A stretch of 64,000 bases of DNA from Neovahlkampfia damariscottae (taxonomy: Eukaryota), in NCBI GenBank assembly GCA_016618085.1, contig JABLTG010000002.1:124001-188000 (forward strand). The letters are read 5' to 3'. Below the pieces are notes generated by a model that was given only the letters and a program-made list of their open reading frames with translations, made no database searches and was not told the DNA's origin. The position numbers and the translations under genes are program-made. Below, piece after piece: positions 25,301-36,051 of the stretch; the stretch's first letter is position 1; the number at the start of each line of letters is the position of its first letter.

Positions 25301-25433
25301 AATTTTAAATATTTTATCAAAAAAAATATCAAAAATATTTATCATTTCACATTCATCAGAAATGATTAAAGGTTCAAAAAATATAATTAAAACAACTTAT
25401 AATGAATTAAATGGTACAAATTATTCATTTTAA
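22384..25433 (+). CDS. Fused Mre11/SbcD nuclease - Rad50/SbcC ATPase
   Basis: Phosphoesterase motifs SDIH, LGDV, GNHD, SGHFH, YVGSP; then Walker A GNNGTGKS, coiled coil with CLIC hook, SSGQ signature, LMLDEVFDALD Walker B/D-loop, IISH. Intron 23771-23811 joins the two ORFs in frame (NDY-V-IERRR). Confidence 0.93.
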
Positions 25434-25435
25434 AT

Positions 25436-25862
25436 TTATTCTTCTTTTTTATAAAATTTTTTTTCTTCTTTTAATAATTTAATTTCATATTCAATTTCAA
25501 ATTTCTTTTTTTCAATTAATTTTTTATCAAATTCTTTTCTTTTTCCATCACATCTTAAATATCCACTATAAAAATCAAGAAATGGTCCAAGAACAACTTT
25601 AATTTTAATATTCTATTTTTTTTTAATTACTTCCAACATAAAATGGTTTATAATTCTTAAAATATACTGAGAATGGTATAGCAGTTAACGCAGCTTAATT
25701 TTTAATTTTTTTTAATATCAAACCCATTAAACTAAACTTCAATGTACTATTTTGTTTCATACAATCCTCATATTCTTCTTGTACTCTTGAATATTCTTCA
25801 TTTGGTATTTGAAATTCTTTTCCATCAATTTTAATTGTATTATTTTCTTCTTCTTCCACCAT
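25436..25862 (-). CDS. Small hypothetical membrane protein
   Basis: Three exons joined by short introns; CCAAT about 20 nt upstream. Confidence 0.5.
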
Positions 25863-25931
25863 TACAAGTATTATTATCAAACCAATGAAAAATGATGGAA
25901 AAAAAAAAAAAAAATAAACAAATTTTTTATT

Positions 25932-26813
25932 TTACAAAAAAAATGGATTTTCACCTTGATCATCATCATCTTCATTAAATTGTGGCATTCTTTGATGATT
26001 TGGATTTGGATCACCATAGTTTGTATTTGGTGTTGGACCAAAAGGATCAAATCTAGCTCCAAATGGGACATTTGATGGTATATTTTGATTCATACCTGGT
26101 CTAAATCTTCTTTGAAATAAATTTGAATCTGGACCAACTTGACTTCCTCCAAAACCACCTTGATTTGGATTTATTGTAAATCCTGATGTACCTGGCATTG
26201 GTGGGAATTGTGGATAAAGATCATTACTTCCAACATTTCCAAAATTTGGAGAAACAAAATTATTTGATTGATTATTTCTTGATATTCTCAATGGATTATA
26301 ATCATCTTGATATATTTGTTGTGTTTCTTGTTGTGTTTCTTTTTTTTCTTCTTTTGAGTTCATTGGTATTAATTTTAAAATAATTTCTTTTTTGAATACT
26401 TGTTCAAGTGTATCTAATTTTGAATAATAAGTATCTTTTTCTTCAATATTTTTTCCAATTCCAAGATAATCATTTATATTAATATCAATATTTGCTTTGG
26501 ATTTTGAATCTTCTGAAGCAATTGCATGAACAATCAATGATGAACTTAAAGGTATCATCTTTAAAATAAAAGTCAATGAACTTTGAACATGTTTGTATTT
26601 AAATACATATGCATCTTTGTTTTTATTCCAATCTTTTGGTATTTTCTCAAGTTCTTTGATATCTTCTTTTTCACTGAGTCCAACTAGACGAAAATTACAA
26701 TTTATCATGTTCAAGTGTAAAAATAAGACTATGCCTTCATGAGTAGAATCTATTTTTTCTTTATCTTCTAAAAATTCTTTAACAATTGTTTTCTTTTCAG
26801 CAATTTTTTCCAT
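25932..26813 (-). CDS. PSMF1: Proteasome inhibitor PI31
   Basis: FP-domain motifs (FLHLNM, PKDWN..DAYVFKY) and Pro-rich tail with PFGARFDPFGP. Confidence 0.9.
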   Translation of the reverse strand: MEKIAEKKTIVKEFLEDKEKIDSTHEGIVLFLHLNMINCNFRLVGLSEKEDIKELEKIPKDWNKNKDAYVFKYKHVQSSLTFILKMIPLSSSLIVHAIASEDSKSKANIDININDYLGIGKNIEEKDTYYSKLDTLEQVFKKEIILKLIPMNSKEEKKETQQETQQIYQDDYNPLRISRNNQSNNFVSPNFGNVGSNDLYPQFPPMPGTSGFTINPNQGGFGGSQVGPDSNLFQRRFRPGMNQNIPSNVPFGARFDPFGPTPNTNYGDPNPNHQRMPQFNEDDDDQGENPFFL

Positions 26814-26968
26814 GTGCTCTGTGATTTGAAGAGAATTCTTTTTTAAGACAATTTCCACCAATCAAATCTATTTATTGTTCAACCAAAGTGTATTTTTTTG
26901 ATCTCAATTCAACAATCAGACTTTGGAATCTTTATTTTTTTTGGAATTATTTTCACAATAAATGAACT

Positions 26969-27241
26969 TTACTCTTCAAATAATTTCTTCACATAATCTT
27001 CTTTATATTCCCATGGCATTTTATCCATTTTTTCCTTCAATTCATCATGGAAATCATGTTCTTTATGATTTTTATTCAAACAATTTTTAAATTTTGTCAA
27101 ATTTTCTCTACACACAGGAAATTTTTCTTCTTCAACCATGTGGTTCCAATTATTTGCAACACTGATACAATTTAAATATTTGATCATATGTCTTCTGCAG
27201 TTTCTCTCTTTTTGCTTCACTTTTTTATCGTCATTTTCCAT
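26969..27241 (-). CDS. Twin-CX9C (CHCH-type) small protein
   Basis: C-RRHMIKYLN-C and C-RENLTKFKN-C. Confidence 0.75.
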   Translation of the reverse strand: MENDDKKVKQKERNCRRHMIKYLNCISVANNWNHMVEEEKFPVCRENLTKFKNCLNKNHKEHDFHDELKEKMDKMPWEYKEDYVKKLFEE

Positions 27242-27282
27242 GTTTTTGATTGGTGGAACAAAAAAAAAGTGTTATTTTATTA

Positions 27283-28081
27283 TTAACATTGACAGCCGCC
27301 ACTTGATTTTTTATCATCATTTGGATTTGTTTCTTCAATTCTTATCACTCCTGTATCACTACTCGGTTCATTAACTTCAACTTTGTTTTCCAAAATTTTA
27401 GTGATCAAAACGTTCATAGCATTGTCAACACCATCACCACTGAGAGCACTAGTTTGATGGTATCCAATAAAATTATTTTCTTTACAAAATTCATCAAGAT
27501 CAATATCAATCTTATTTTCCAAGTCATACTGTCAAGTTTCAAATAAATAATTTTTTTACTTTGTTTGCAATTAATAATGTAGGAATTGGTGTTTGATCAT
27601 CTGGTAAGAAAACTTTAGAGTCAATATCTTTTTTCCACATTTTTACTCCTTCAAAGCTTTCAGCATCTGTAATATCAAAAACAACAATGGCAGCAACTGC
27701 TTGTTTGTAATATACTCGAGTCATATTTCCAAACCTTTCTTGACCTGCAATATCCCAGAGATGTAATTGTAATACACTTCCATCTGTCCAGTTTATTCTT
27801 TTTAAAGCAAAATCAACACCTATCTTGAATATTAAATAATATTTAATTTTATTAATAAATCATTACCGTGGTTTTATAGTTTGTTGAAAACATATCATGT
27901 ACATATCTACGAATTAAAGATGTCTTTGATCAAATTTAAAAATAAAAATAAAACCTTCAAAAATGTCAAAAAAAAAAAAAAAAACGATAACATTACCTTT
28001 CCAACTACATAATGAATCATAATTTTATGACTTACCACCAGCATTTCCAACTACCAAAACTTTAAAGATAAATTCTTCCAT
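27283..28081 (-). CDS. Rab32/38-family GTPase
   Basis: GNAGVGKTS (assembled through an 8-nt exon 27997-28004), TIGVDF, WDIAGQERFGNMTRVYYK (Rab32/38 signature), ANK, TSA, C-terminal CQC. Confidence 0.92.
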
Positions 28082-28273
28082 CTTGTCTTTTTCTCTTTAG
28101 AATGAAAAGGAAGATTTTAATTGGCTCACTACTTTCGAATCATTTTTTTTAAATTTTTTTTTTTTAGAAATTTAAAGAAATGAATCGAAAATTTAGCAAA
28201 AAATTAAGTTCAATATTTGATTGGTCAAAATCAAAAACGTTTTTTGATTGTTGAACACAAGTCAACATAAGAA

Positions 28274-29179
28274 ATGGAATATTTATGTTTTTGTTTCCAA
28301 AGTAGTCCAAATAATGAGAGTGGTGAATATATTAGGTTAAAAGATGATGATAGAAACAAAGTGTTAGAAGAAGAAACTATTAAAATGGAAATGAATTTAA
28401 TATTCGAAGATTTACAAAATTTAATTTCCAAACCATTTGAAATATCACCTACATCTAAAGATTTGTTTAGGTATTTTTATTGAACTTTTAAAAATATCAA
28501 ATGAAAGGTTGTACAAAAAAATAAAAATAATGAAAGAAAATGAAACGTTAATAACACCAAATGAAACAATAAGTTTATTTCAAATATTAAATACACTTGG
28601 AAATGAATTACAAAAAGAAGAAGAAGAAAAAACGAATATTGAAAATTTTGAAAAATTAGTCAATTTGAATGACTTTGAAACATTGAGTACTTATTGTAAA
28701 AAAATGTATGAATATTTTATTTTTTAAATTCTTTGTACAAAGATATACAGATTATAATTTATTATTACAATTTTTAAAGTTATGCAATCAGTCAGTAGTT
28801 TTAATTATTGCAAGAAGACTAAAAATATGGTTTTCTATGAATAATCTTTATTTTAAAGATGTTAGAGGTTCTTGGTATATTGATATTATTTTAAACTCCG
28901 AGTCACAAAAAATAATACACAAAAGGAAAGAGTTGTGCTATAAAAAATTAGATGGTCATTTTGAACTATTTCAATTTAGGTATTTATATTAATTCTAATA
29001 TATTTTAAAATAGTTGGGAAATTGAATGTACTTTTTCAAATTTATCAAAGAATCTTGAGAATATTGATTTTAATGTTTCAATAGATGAAGAGAAAATAAT
29101 AAATGATGATTTAGATTCAAGAAATTGGATTTTGAATTTATTTAAAATAATGAAAAAAAGAAATGAAATAAAATTTTAA
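28274..29179 (+). CDS. Hypothetical protein, multi-exon
   Basis: Consecutive exon-like ORFs; conserved-looking LKLCNQS..DVRGSWYI block; family not securely recognised. Confidence 0.5.
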
Positions 29180-29258
29180 TTATCACTTCATTATTATTAT
29201 TGACCAATCAATTCATTTTCGTTAATAGTCAGAGAAATAAACAATAACTCAAACAAAA

Positions 29259-29860
29259 ATGAAAAGATTTATATTTTTAATATTTATTTTATTTTTTAAT
29301 TTTATATATTCAAATAAACTTGGAGATATAATACCATTAATGAAAAGAGTAGAATATAACCAAATGAGATCAAAATTCAGTGAAATATCACCTACATTAT
29401 CACCAAGGTTTGGTATCAAAAAATCAAGTAAATAATAATTTAAAATTTAATGAAAAAGTAAAAATCAAAGCTATACCAAATCAATTAAGTTTTGTAAATG
29501 ATTTCAAAATACAATTTGAATTCTTTGATCATAGATTTCAAACACCTTGGTTAACCATTGCATCTAATGTTCATGGAAGACATATAAAAAAAATAATATT
29601 CAAGTTTGAGTTTTCAGATGACGAAATAGTTTCAATCAAAACAAAATCAATTTGTAAATTGAAATTAATATTTTCTAAATGATTTAGTTGTCAAAAATAA
29701 GATACCAAATTTAATTTCTTTAGATTTTGAGTGGCAAGAAATAAAAAAAACAGATAAAAATATTGGTTTGTCATTTTTATATGTAGTTTCTTTGTTTTTG
29801 GGTTTTTTTTTGATAACATCAATATTTTTTACTTCAATGGTTGACAATAAAAAAATTTGA
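29259..29860 (+). CDS. Secreted/membrane hypothetical protein
   Basis: Signal peptide MKRFIFLIFILFFNFIYS, GDIIPLMK..PRFG..TPWL core, C-terminal hydrophobic helix; two introns. Confidence 0.6.
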
Positions 29861-29993
29861 TTGCATAAATTTATTATTTAATTCTCCCAGATTATTTTTA
29901 TTGGATAAGAATAGTTACATTTGATTGGCTATTGAATCTGAGATTTTTTCTCGTTCGTTAACTTGTAAATACTCAATAACAACTTTTTTGTAA

Positions 29994-32061
29994 ATGAGTG
30001 ACACATTACATAATCAAATAATTTCCAATATTCTTATTGAAGATGAACAGGAAGAAGAAAACAAAAAAGTGGAAGCCGGTTTATTTAGAAGTGGATCAGC
30101 TCCTCCAGATGTAGAAAACATGAATTCATCTTTTATGGACGATACAGACTATAGGTATGATCCTGCTTATTATAATTATTATTATTCACAACGTTTAATG
30201 AATCCACGTTTACCACCACCAATTGTAAACTGGAGGTCAACGCAACTTTTTCCAAATGAAAATAAGGTTTGAATTATTTTTTTTTTAAATTTCTCTAAAG
30301 AAGGAAATATTTCATGATGAGTATGATGAAGATGATGAAGATGAAAAGAAGAGTTGGGTTGATGTTACAACTTCAAATAAAACATCTTCAAATTCTAGTA
30401 ACACGAGTCCTACTTTGTCAAATAATGGTAGTATTTCTTTAGTTGATAGAATTCAAGAAGACTTTCCCAGCACACCTTCTTCTTTTTATAGTAAAAAGAA
30501 AGGAAATGGTAAAAAGAAAGTCAATAATAATGGTGCTCCTTCAAGTCCATCATCTTCAAAAAAAACAAAAAAGAATAGTGAAGGTTCAAATGGTGTAAAT
30601 ACAAAGAATACTTCAACAACTGTTAATAACTTAAATAATAAATTCCAACAAATTTCAATTCAAGATCAACAACAACAACAACAAGTACCACATCATCATC
30701 ATCATAATAATAACTATCATCAAGAATATTACAATAATCAACCTTCACTTTATCCAACTTATACAAATAATGGTGGAAATACAAATACTAATAATAGTGG
30801 AAATAGAAATGTTAATAATGTACAAAGATACAATCAATCAAATCAAAGTGATGATTTTTATCAAAATATTTGGAAGAAAGGGTCAAATCAAAAAAATGAT
30901 TTGACAACAAACCAAACATCAACAATACCAATAACAAATCAAACATTAAATCAAACAACAACAACAAATAAAAGAAAAGGAAGTAATTCAACAAGTACAA
31001 CAACACAAAATGATTCAAATGGAGAATATTTTATGTCAAAAATAATGGAAGAATTTAAAAGTGGAAAAGGGAAAAAGTTTGAATTAAAAGATATTACAAA
31101 TTATGTAGTTGAATTTTCAAGAGATCAACATGGATCAAGATTTATTCAACAAAAATTAGAAATAGCAACACCACAAGAAAAAGAAATGATATTTCAAGAA
31201 GTATACCCTGAATCATTAAGTTTAATGACTGATGTATTTGGTAATTATGTAATTCAAAAGTTTTTTGAATATGGATTATTAAATCATAAAAAATTATTAT
31301 CTAAAATACTTAAAGGACATGTTTTAAATTTAACATTACAAACTTATGGATGTAGAGTAATTCAAAAAGCATTAGAAGTTATTGATGATCAAGATAAAGT
31401 ATTAATTGCAAAAGAATTAGATAATAATATAATGAAATGTGTTCAAGATCAAAATGGAAATCATGTAATCCAAAAATGTATTGAAAAAATAACATCAAAA
31501 GATATTCAATTTGTTGTTGAATCATTTATTGGAAATGTTATTAATTTAGCAATGCATGCATATGGATGTAGAGTAATTCAAAGAATATTAGAACATTGTA
31601 ATGAACAACAATGTAAAATTATATTAGATGAAATTTTAATGGGTGCTGCAAAATTAGTAAAAGATCAATATGGAAATTATGTTGTTCAACATGTTTTAGA
31701 ACATTCAAAACAAAAATATAAATTAGGTTTAATTAGACAATTTAAAGGTCTAATTGTTCAATTAAGTTCACATAAATTTGCAAGTAATGTTATTGAAAGA
31801 TGTTTTAAAAATGGTGGTAAAAAAGAGAGACAAGATATTATTGAAGAAATTGTTGGTGAAGATGTCAAAACATCTCCAATTTATGATATGATGAATGATC
31901 AATATGCAAATTATGTTGTTCAAAAAATGATTGAATTATCAGATGATAATCAAAAAAGAATGATTATTGATGTTATTAAATCAAATATTCCTTTAGTGAA
32001 AAGATTAACTTATGGAAAACATATTATTGCTTGTGTTGAAAAATATGAAAAAATTTTATAA
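29994..32061 (+). CDS. PUM: Pumilio/PUF RNA-binding protein
   Basis: N-terminal RSGSAPP motif; eight PUF repeats ([52 protein letters not shown]); one intron near 30267-30300. Confidence 0.95.
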
Positions 32062-32147
32062 TATTTAAAATAAATTATTTTTTTTTTTTCTCAATTCCAT
32101 TTTTCAATAAATTGGAAACTCATTTTTTATCCAATCAAATCATAATT

Positions 32148-33670
32148 ATGCAGAAAAAATCGTCTTACACAGTAAAACAAACTAAAAGTTTAACACATTC
32201 ATTTTTTAGTTTAAACTATCGAAAGGTGAAATGAATTTACCAAAAAGTGTTCAACAACAACATATTCAGAAAACTTATTCAATTTTAGAAATAACTTTGA
32301 AAAGTGCCAAAAATTTAGAACCAAAAAATTCAAATCGAACATCAGATCCATTTGTTAAATGTATTTTATTTTATTTTTTTAATATGTACTATTAAGTTTA
32401 TTGTAACGATAGAGAGTTAAAATCCTCAGTTCAAAAAAAAACTTGTGATCCAACTTGTTTGATTTTTTTTATTTTTTTAAAAAAAAGGGAATGAAAGTAA
32501 TATATAATATATATTAAATTTGTTTTAGTTTTTGAGTTTAGTATAAGTTGTGATAAAAATAATATGCCTTTAGATAAATTTCGATTTGATATTTGGCATT
32601 CACATGGATTTAATATATTTAAAAAAGATGAATATTTAGGTGGAAGTGCAATTAATTTAACAAAAGTACCAAAAGATAAAAAAACAGAAATGGTAAATAA
32701 AAATATATATGTTAAAAAAAAGACAATAAAATTAGAAGGAGTAACTCAAGGTGAAATAACTATGGATATATTAGGATTAAATTTTGGTGAAGAAAAGAAA
32801 GAAGTATCAAGTGAATCAAAAAGTACATCATCCAAAAGAATTGGACCACAAAGATATATAAAAGGAAAGAAATTAGCACAAGGTGGATTTGGTGGTGTTT
32901 ATATTGCAAAAGATACAAAAAATGATAAAGAAGTAATATTAAAACAAATTGAATGTACTGATTTTGATGATGCAAATATAAAGTTACAAGAGTTTTTACC
33001 AATAAGAAAATTAGATCATCCTTATTTGATAAAATATCATGACTTATATTTATTTGAAGAAAAAGAAGATGATGAGAATTTATTTGGATTATGTTATATT
33101 ATGGATCATTATCCAAAAGGTGACTTACAAAGATATTTGAATAAATATAAAAATCAAGGAAAGTTTTTATCAATGTCAAAAGTTATTACTTATTTTAAAC
33201 AATTAATTGAAGGTTTATTATATTTACATGAAAAGAAACTTATGCATAGAGATTTAAAACCTGCAAACGTTTTAATTTCAGATGATTTTCAAAAAATTGT
33301 TATTTGTGATTTTGGTATGGTTAGAGAAGTAGATGGTACAATGGCTCATACAGTTTTAGGTACACCTCAATATATGGCACCAGAAGTATCTCAATCACTT
33401 CCTTATGATTTCTCTGCGGATATTTGGTCATTAGGTGTAATATTTTATGAAATGATTACATTGAAATTTAAGACAATGCACTACGTTAGAGCAATGGAAG
33501 AAAAAGAAGAATATTATGATAGAATTAAAGAAGAAATATTAGACATTGACGAAAATTATAAACAAATTTTGGAAATTGTTTTAGGAATGTTGAGTTTAGA
33601 TCCAAAAAAAAGAATTTCATTATCAGATTCATTAAAAATATTAGATTCAGTAGAAATTTTGGAAGAATAA
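32148..33670 (+). CDS. C2 domain + Ser/Thr kinase (NEK-like)
   Basis: Spliced C2 domain (LKSAKNL..TSDPFVK..KKTCDPT/WNE, 9-nt exon); kinase GGFGGV, HRDLKPAN, DFG, GTPQYMAPE, DIWSLG. Confidence 0.9.
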
Positions 33671-33748
33671 AATTTATTTGTTTTTCATTGGTCAATTGCT
33701 GTCAAAGTTTTTCTGCACTCAAAAAAAAACATCAATTCACCAATACAA

Positions 33749-35155
33749 ATGTCTTTTCTCGACAGAATTGAAGAATTTTATCAACCAAATAAAAAACTAA
33801 ACAATGAAGTGAAGAATTATTTGAAAACTTTGTATGACTTAAATTTGTACAAGAACGAACTGTTTGTAAAAGATTTTGAAGAAGAACAAATTTGGTCGCA
33901 AATACAAAACTTGAATGAATTATTAAATTTGAAAATATTTGATGATAAAAAATTAAATTTACTTGACGAAACTCAAATGGAAAATTTTGAAGAAAAAGAT
34001 TTTGAAGATTACGAGGAAATGGAAAAGGATGACGAAGATGATGAAGATGATAAAGAAGAAGAGGAATTAGAAGAAGAAGAAGAAGAAGAAGAAGAAGAAG
34101 ATATAAATGACTTCATAAATAAAATGGAAGATTATTTAGATGAACAAGAAGAAAATGAAGAAGACTTAGAAGAACAAGTTGATATTGAAATGTATGGTGA
34201 TGAAGAAATTGAAAAAGAAGAAGAGAAATATAAAAAAAAAAATGTTCGTTTTGCAGAAGATATTAAAGGTGGTGATGATGATGATGATGATTTAGATGCA
34301 GCATTAGATGAAAAATTAAAAGAAATAGGAAATGATGAAGAATTAGATGGATCAAGTGAAGATGAAGGATATTTTAAACAAAGAAAAGTGAAAGAAAAAA
34401 AGAAAAGAAAAACAAAGTTCGAAATTGAACAAGAAGAAATGATTGAAAGTATGGAAGAATTAGAAAATAAAAATATTGAAAAAAAGAAATGGCAAATGTC
34501 AGGAGAGGTATCATCTAATTTTAGACCACAAAATTCATTATTAGAAGAAGATGTTGATTTTAAACATACATCAAAAGTTAAACCAATAATTACAGAAGAG
34601 ATTACACAAAATTTAGAAGAGATAATTTTAAATAGAATAATTAATAATATATTTGATGATCCAGAAAAACCAGATTTAAATGAAGAAAAAAAGAAAAAAA
34701 GAAAAGAAGTTTCAAGAGAAAAGAATGAAAAATCATTATCTGAACTTTATGAAGAGAATTATTTAAAAAAAAATAATTTATTTGTTGAAAAAGATGAAGA
34801 AAATCCAGATGTTTTAGAAAAGAAATTAAAAGTAAAATCTAAAGTTGAAAAATGTTTACATATGTTAAATGTTTTATCAAACTTAAATTATATTCCAGAA
34901 CCAATAGAAAGAGATTTAAATACAAATGTTTCAATTGAACAATCAAATTTGAAATCTAATGAATTAATTGATAAAACACCACAAGAAATTATGAAACCAA
35001 TTAGAAATATTAAAGAAAAATTAAAAACATCTTCTTCAAATAAAAAAAAAGATGAAAAAAAGAAATCTCAAAAAGATTTATTAGAAAGAGAAAAGAAAAA
35101 ATTAGATTTTTCAAAATCAAAAGAATTCTTCAAATTAATGGAAGAAAAAAAATAA
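33749..35155 (+). CDS. MPP10: U3 snoRNP protein Mpp10
   Basis: FEEEQIWSQI, KKWQMSGEV..RPQNSLLEEDVDF, LEEIILNRI..FDD, KSLSELYEENY. Confidence 0.9.
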   Translation: MSFLDRIEEFYQPNKKLNNEVKNYLKTLYDLNLYKNELFVKDFEEEQIWSQIQNLNELLNLKIFDDKKLNLLDETQMENFEEKDFEDYEEMEKDDEDDEDDKEEEELEEEEEEEEEEDINDFINKMEDYLDEQEENEEDLEEQVDIEMYGDEEIEKEEEKYKKKNVRFAEDIKGGDDDDDDLDAALDEKLKEIGNDEELDGSSEDEGYFKQRKVKEKKKRKTKFEIEQEEMIESMEELENKNIEKKKWQMSGEVSSNFRPQNSLLEEDVDFKHTSKVKPIITEEITQNLEEIILNRIINNIFDDPEKPDLNEEKKKKRKEVSREKNEKSLSELYEENYLKKNNLFVEKDEENPDVLEKKLKVKSKVEKCLHMLNVLSNLNYIPEPIERDLNTNVSIEQSNLKSNELIDKTPQEIMKPIRNIKEKLKTSSSNKKKDEKKKSQKDLLEREKKKLDFSKSKEFFKLMEEKK

Positions 35156-35166
35156 ATATTAGTTTA

Positions 35167-35961
35167 CTACCAATCAAATTCACCTGTTGCTTTATTAAAA
35201 ATATAATCTTTTCCACCAAATGAACATATTCCACATTTTAAACTGGCCTTCCATTTATTTTTTGTTCTTGTAACTTTTTCAAATTGAGCTAAAATAATAT
35301 CATTAGTTTGTGGTATTTGTTCATCATCATCAGAATTTAATTCATTTTCATCATCATTTGAATCTAAATCATCTCCATCAATATCACCACCTTCATTTAT
35401 ACCACCATCTAATTGTGGAATATTATCAATACTTATCATTCCATCAACTTGTACAAAATCATCTTCTTCATCTTCTTCATCTTCAACAATTTCTTGTATT
35501 TTTATTTTTTTATTTTGAACTTCTTCTACTTCATTTACTTGTTCATTTCTTTTTCTTTTTTCTCCACTCCATTCAACTATTTCTTCTGCTTCTTCTTGTT
35601 GATTCACCATTGTAATATATTCTTGAGGTTTACCAAAATTATTATCTATAGTTTGAGGTATATCTTGATTATATTCATTTTGTTTTGCATTCTAAATTTA
35701 TTATTAAAAACTAAATATTGTTACATTTGACAAAGTTTGCAAAGATTGTCGTAAAATAGGATCAATATAATCTTGATTTGAATTATCTTCTTCATTTGGA
35801 ATATAAGTTGAACTTGTAACACCAGATTGTAATAGTTTTGTTTCCCAGAGTCTCTTTAATTCGAATAATACTGCTTCACTTACACCTTCTCTTTGGAAGT
35901 CTTCTTTTACATTTTCTATAACATCATTTATTATTTGTTTATAAATTGAAGCAACGCTCAT
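35167..35961 (-). CDS. GTF2A1: TFIIA large subunit (alpha/beta)
   Basis: IYKQIINDVI..LFELKRLWETKL; QVDG/QLDG; ILAQFEKVTRTKNKWK...ATGEFDW. Confidence 0.95.
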
Positions 35962-36051
35962 TTGCTTTTTTTCTTCTTTTTAAAAACATTATCATTGGTC
36001 AATTATTTATCAATAAAAACAAATGAAAAATATTGGTCAATTTTTTTAAAT

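Noticed and set aside
35310..35730. His-rich and Phe/Ile-rich ORFs (also 5873-6199, 36714-36926, 39654-39953, 62100-62453 and similar)
   Set aside because: Antisense shadows of acidic or Lys-rich real genes.
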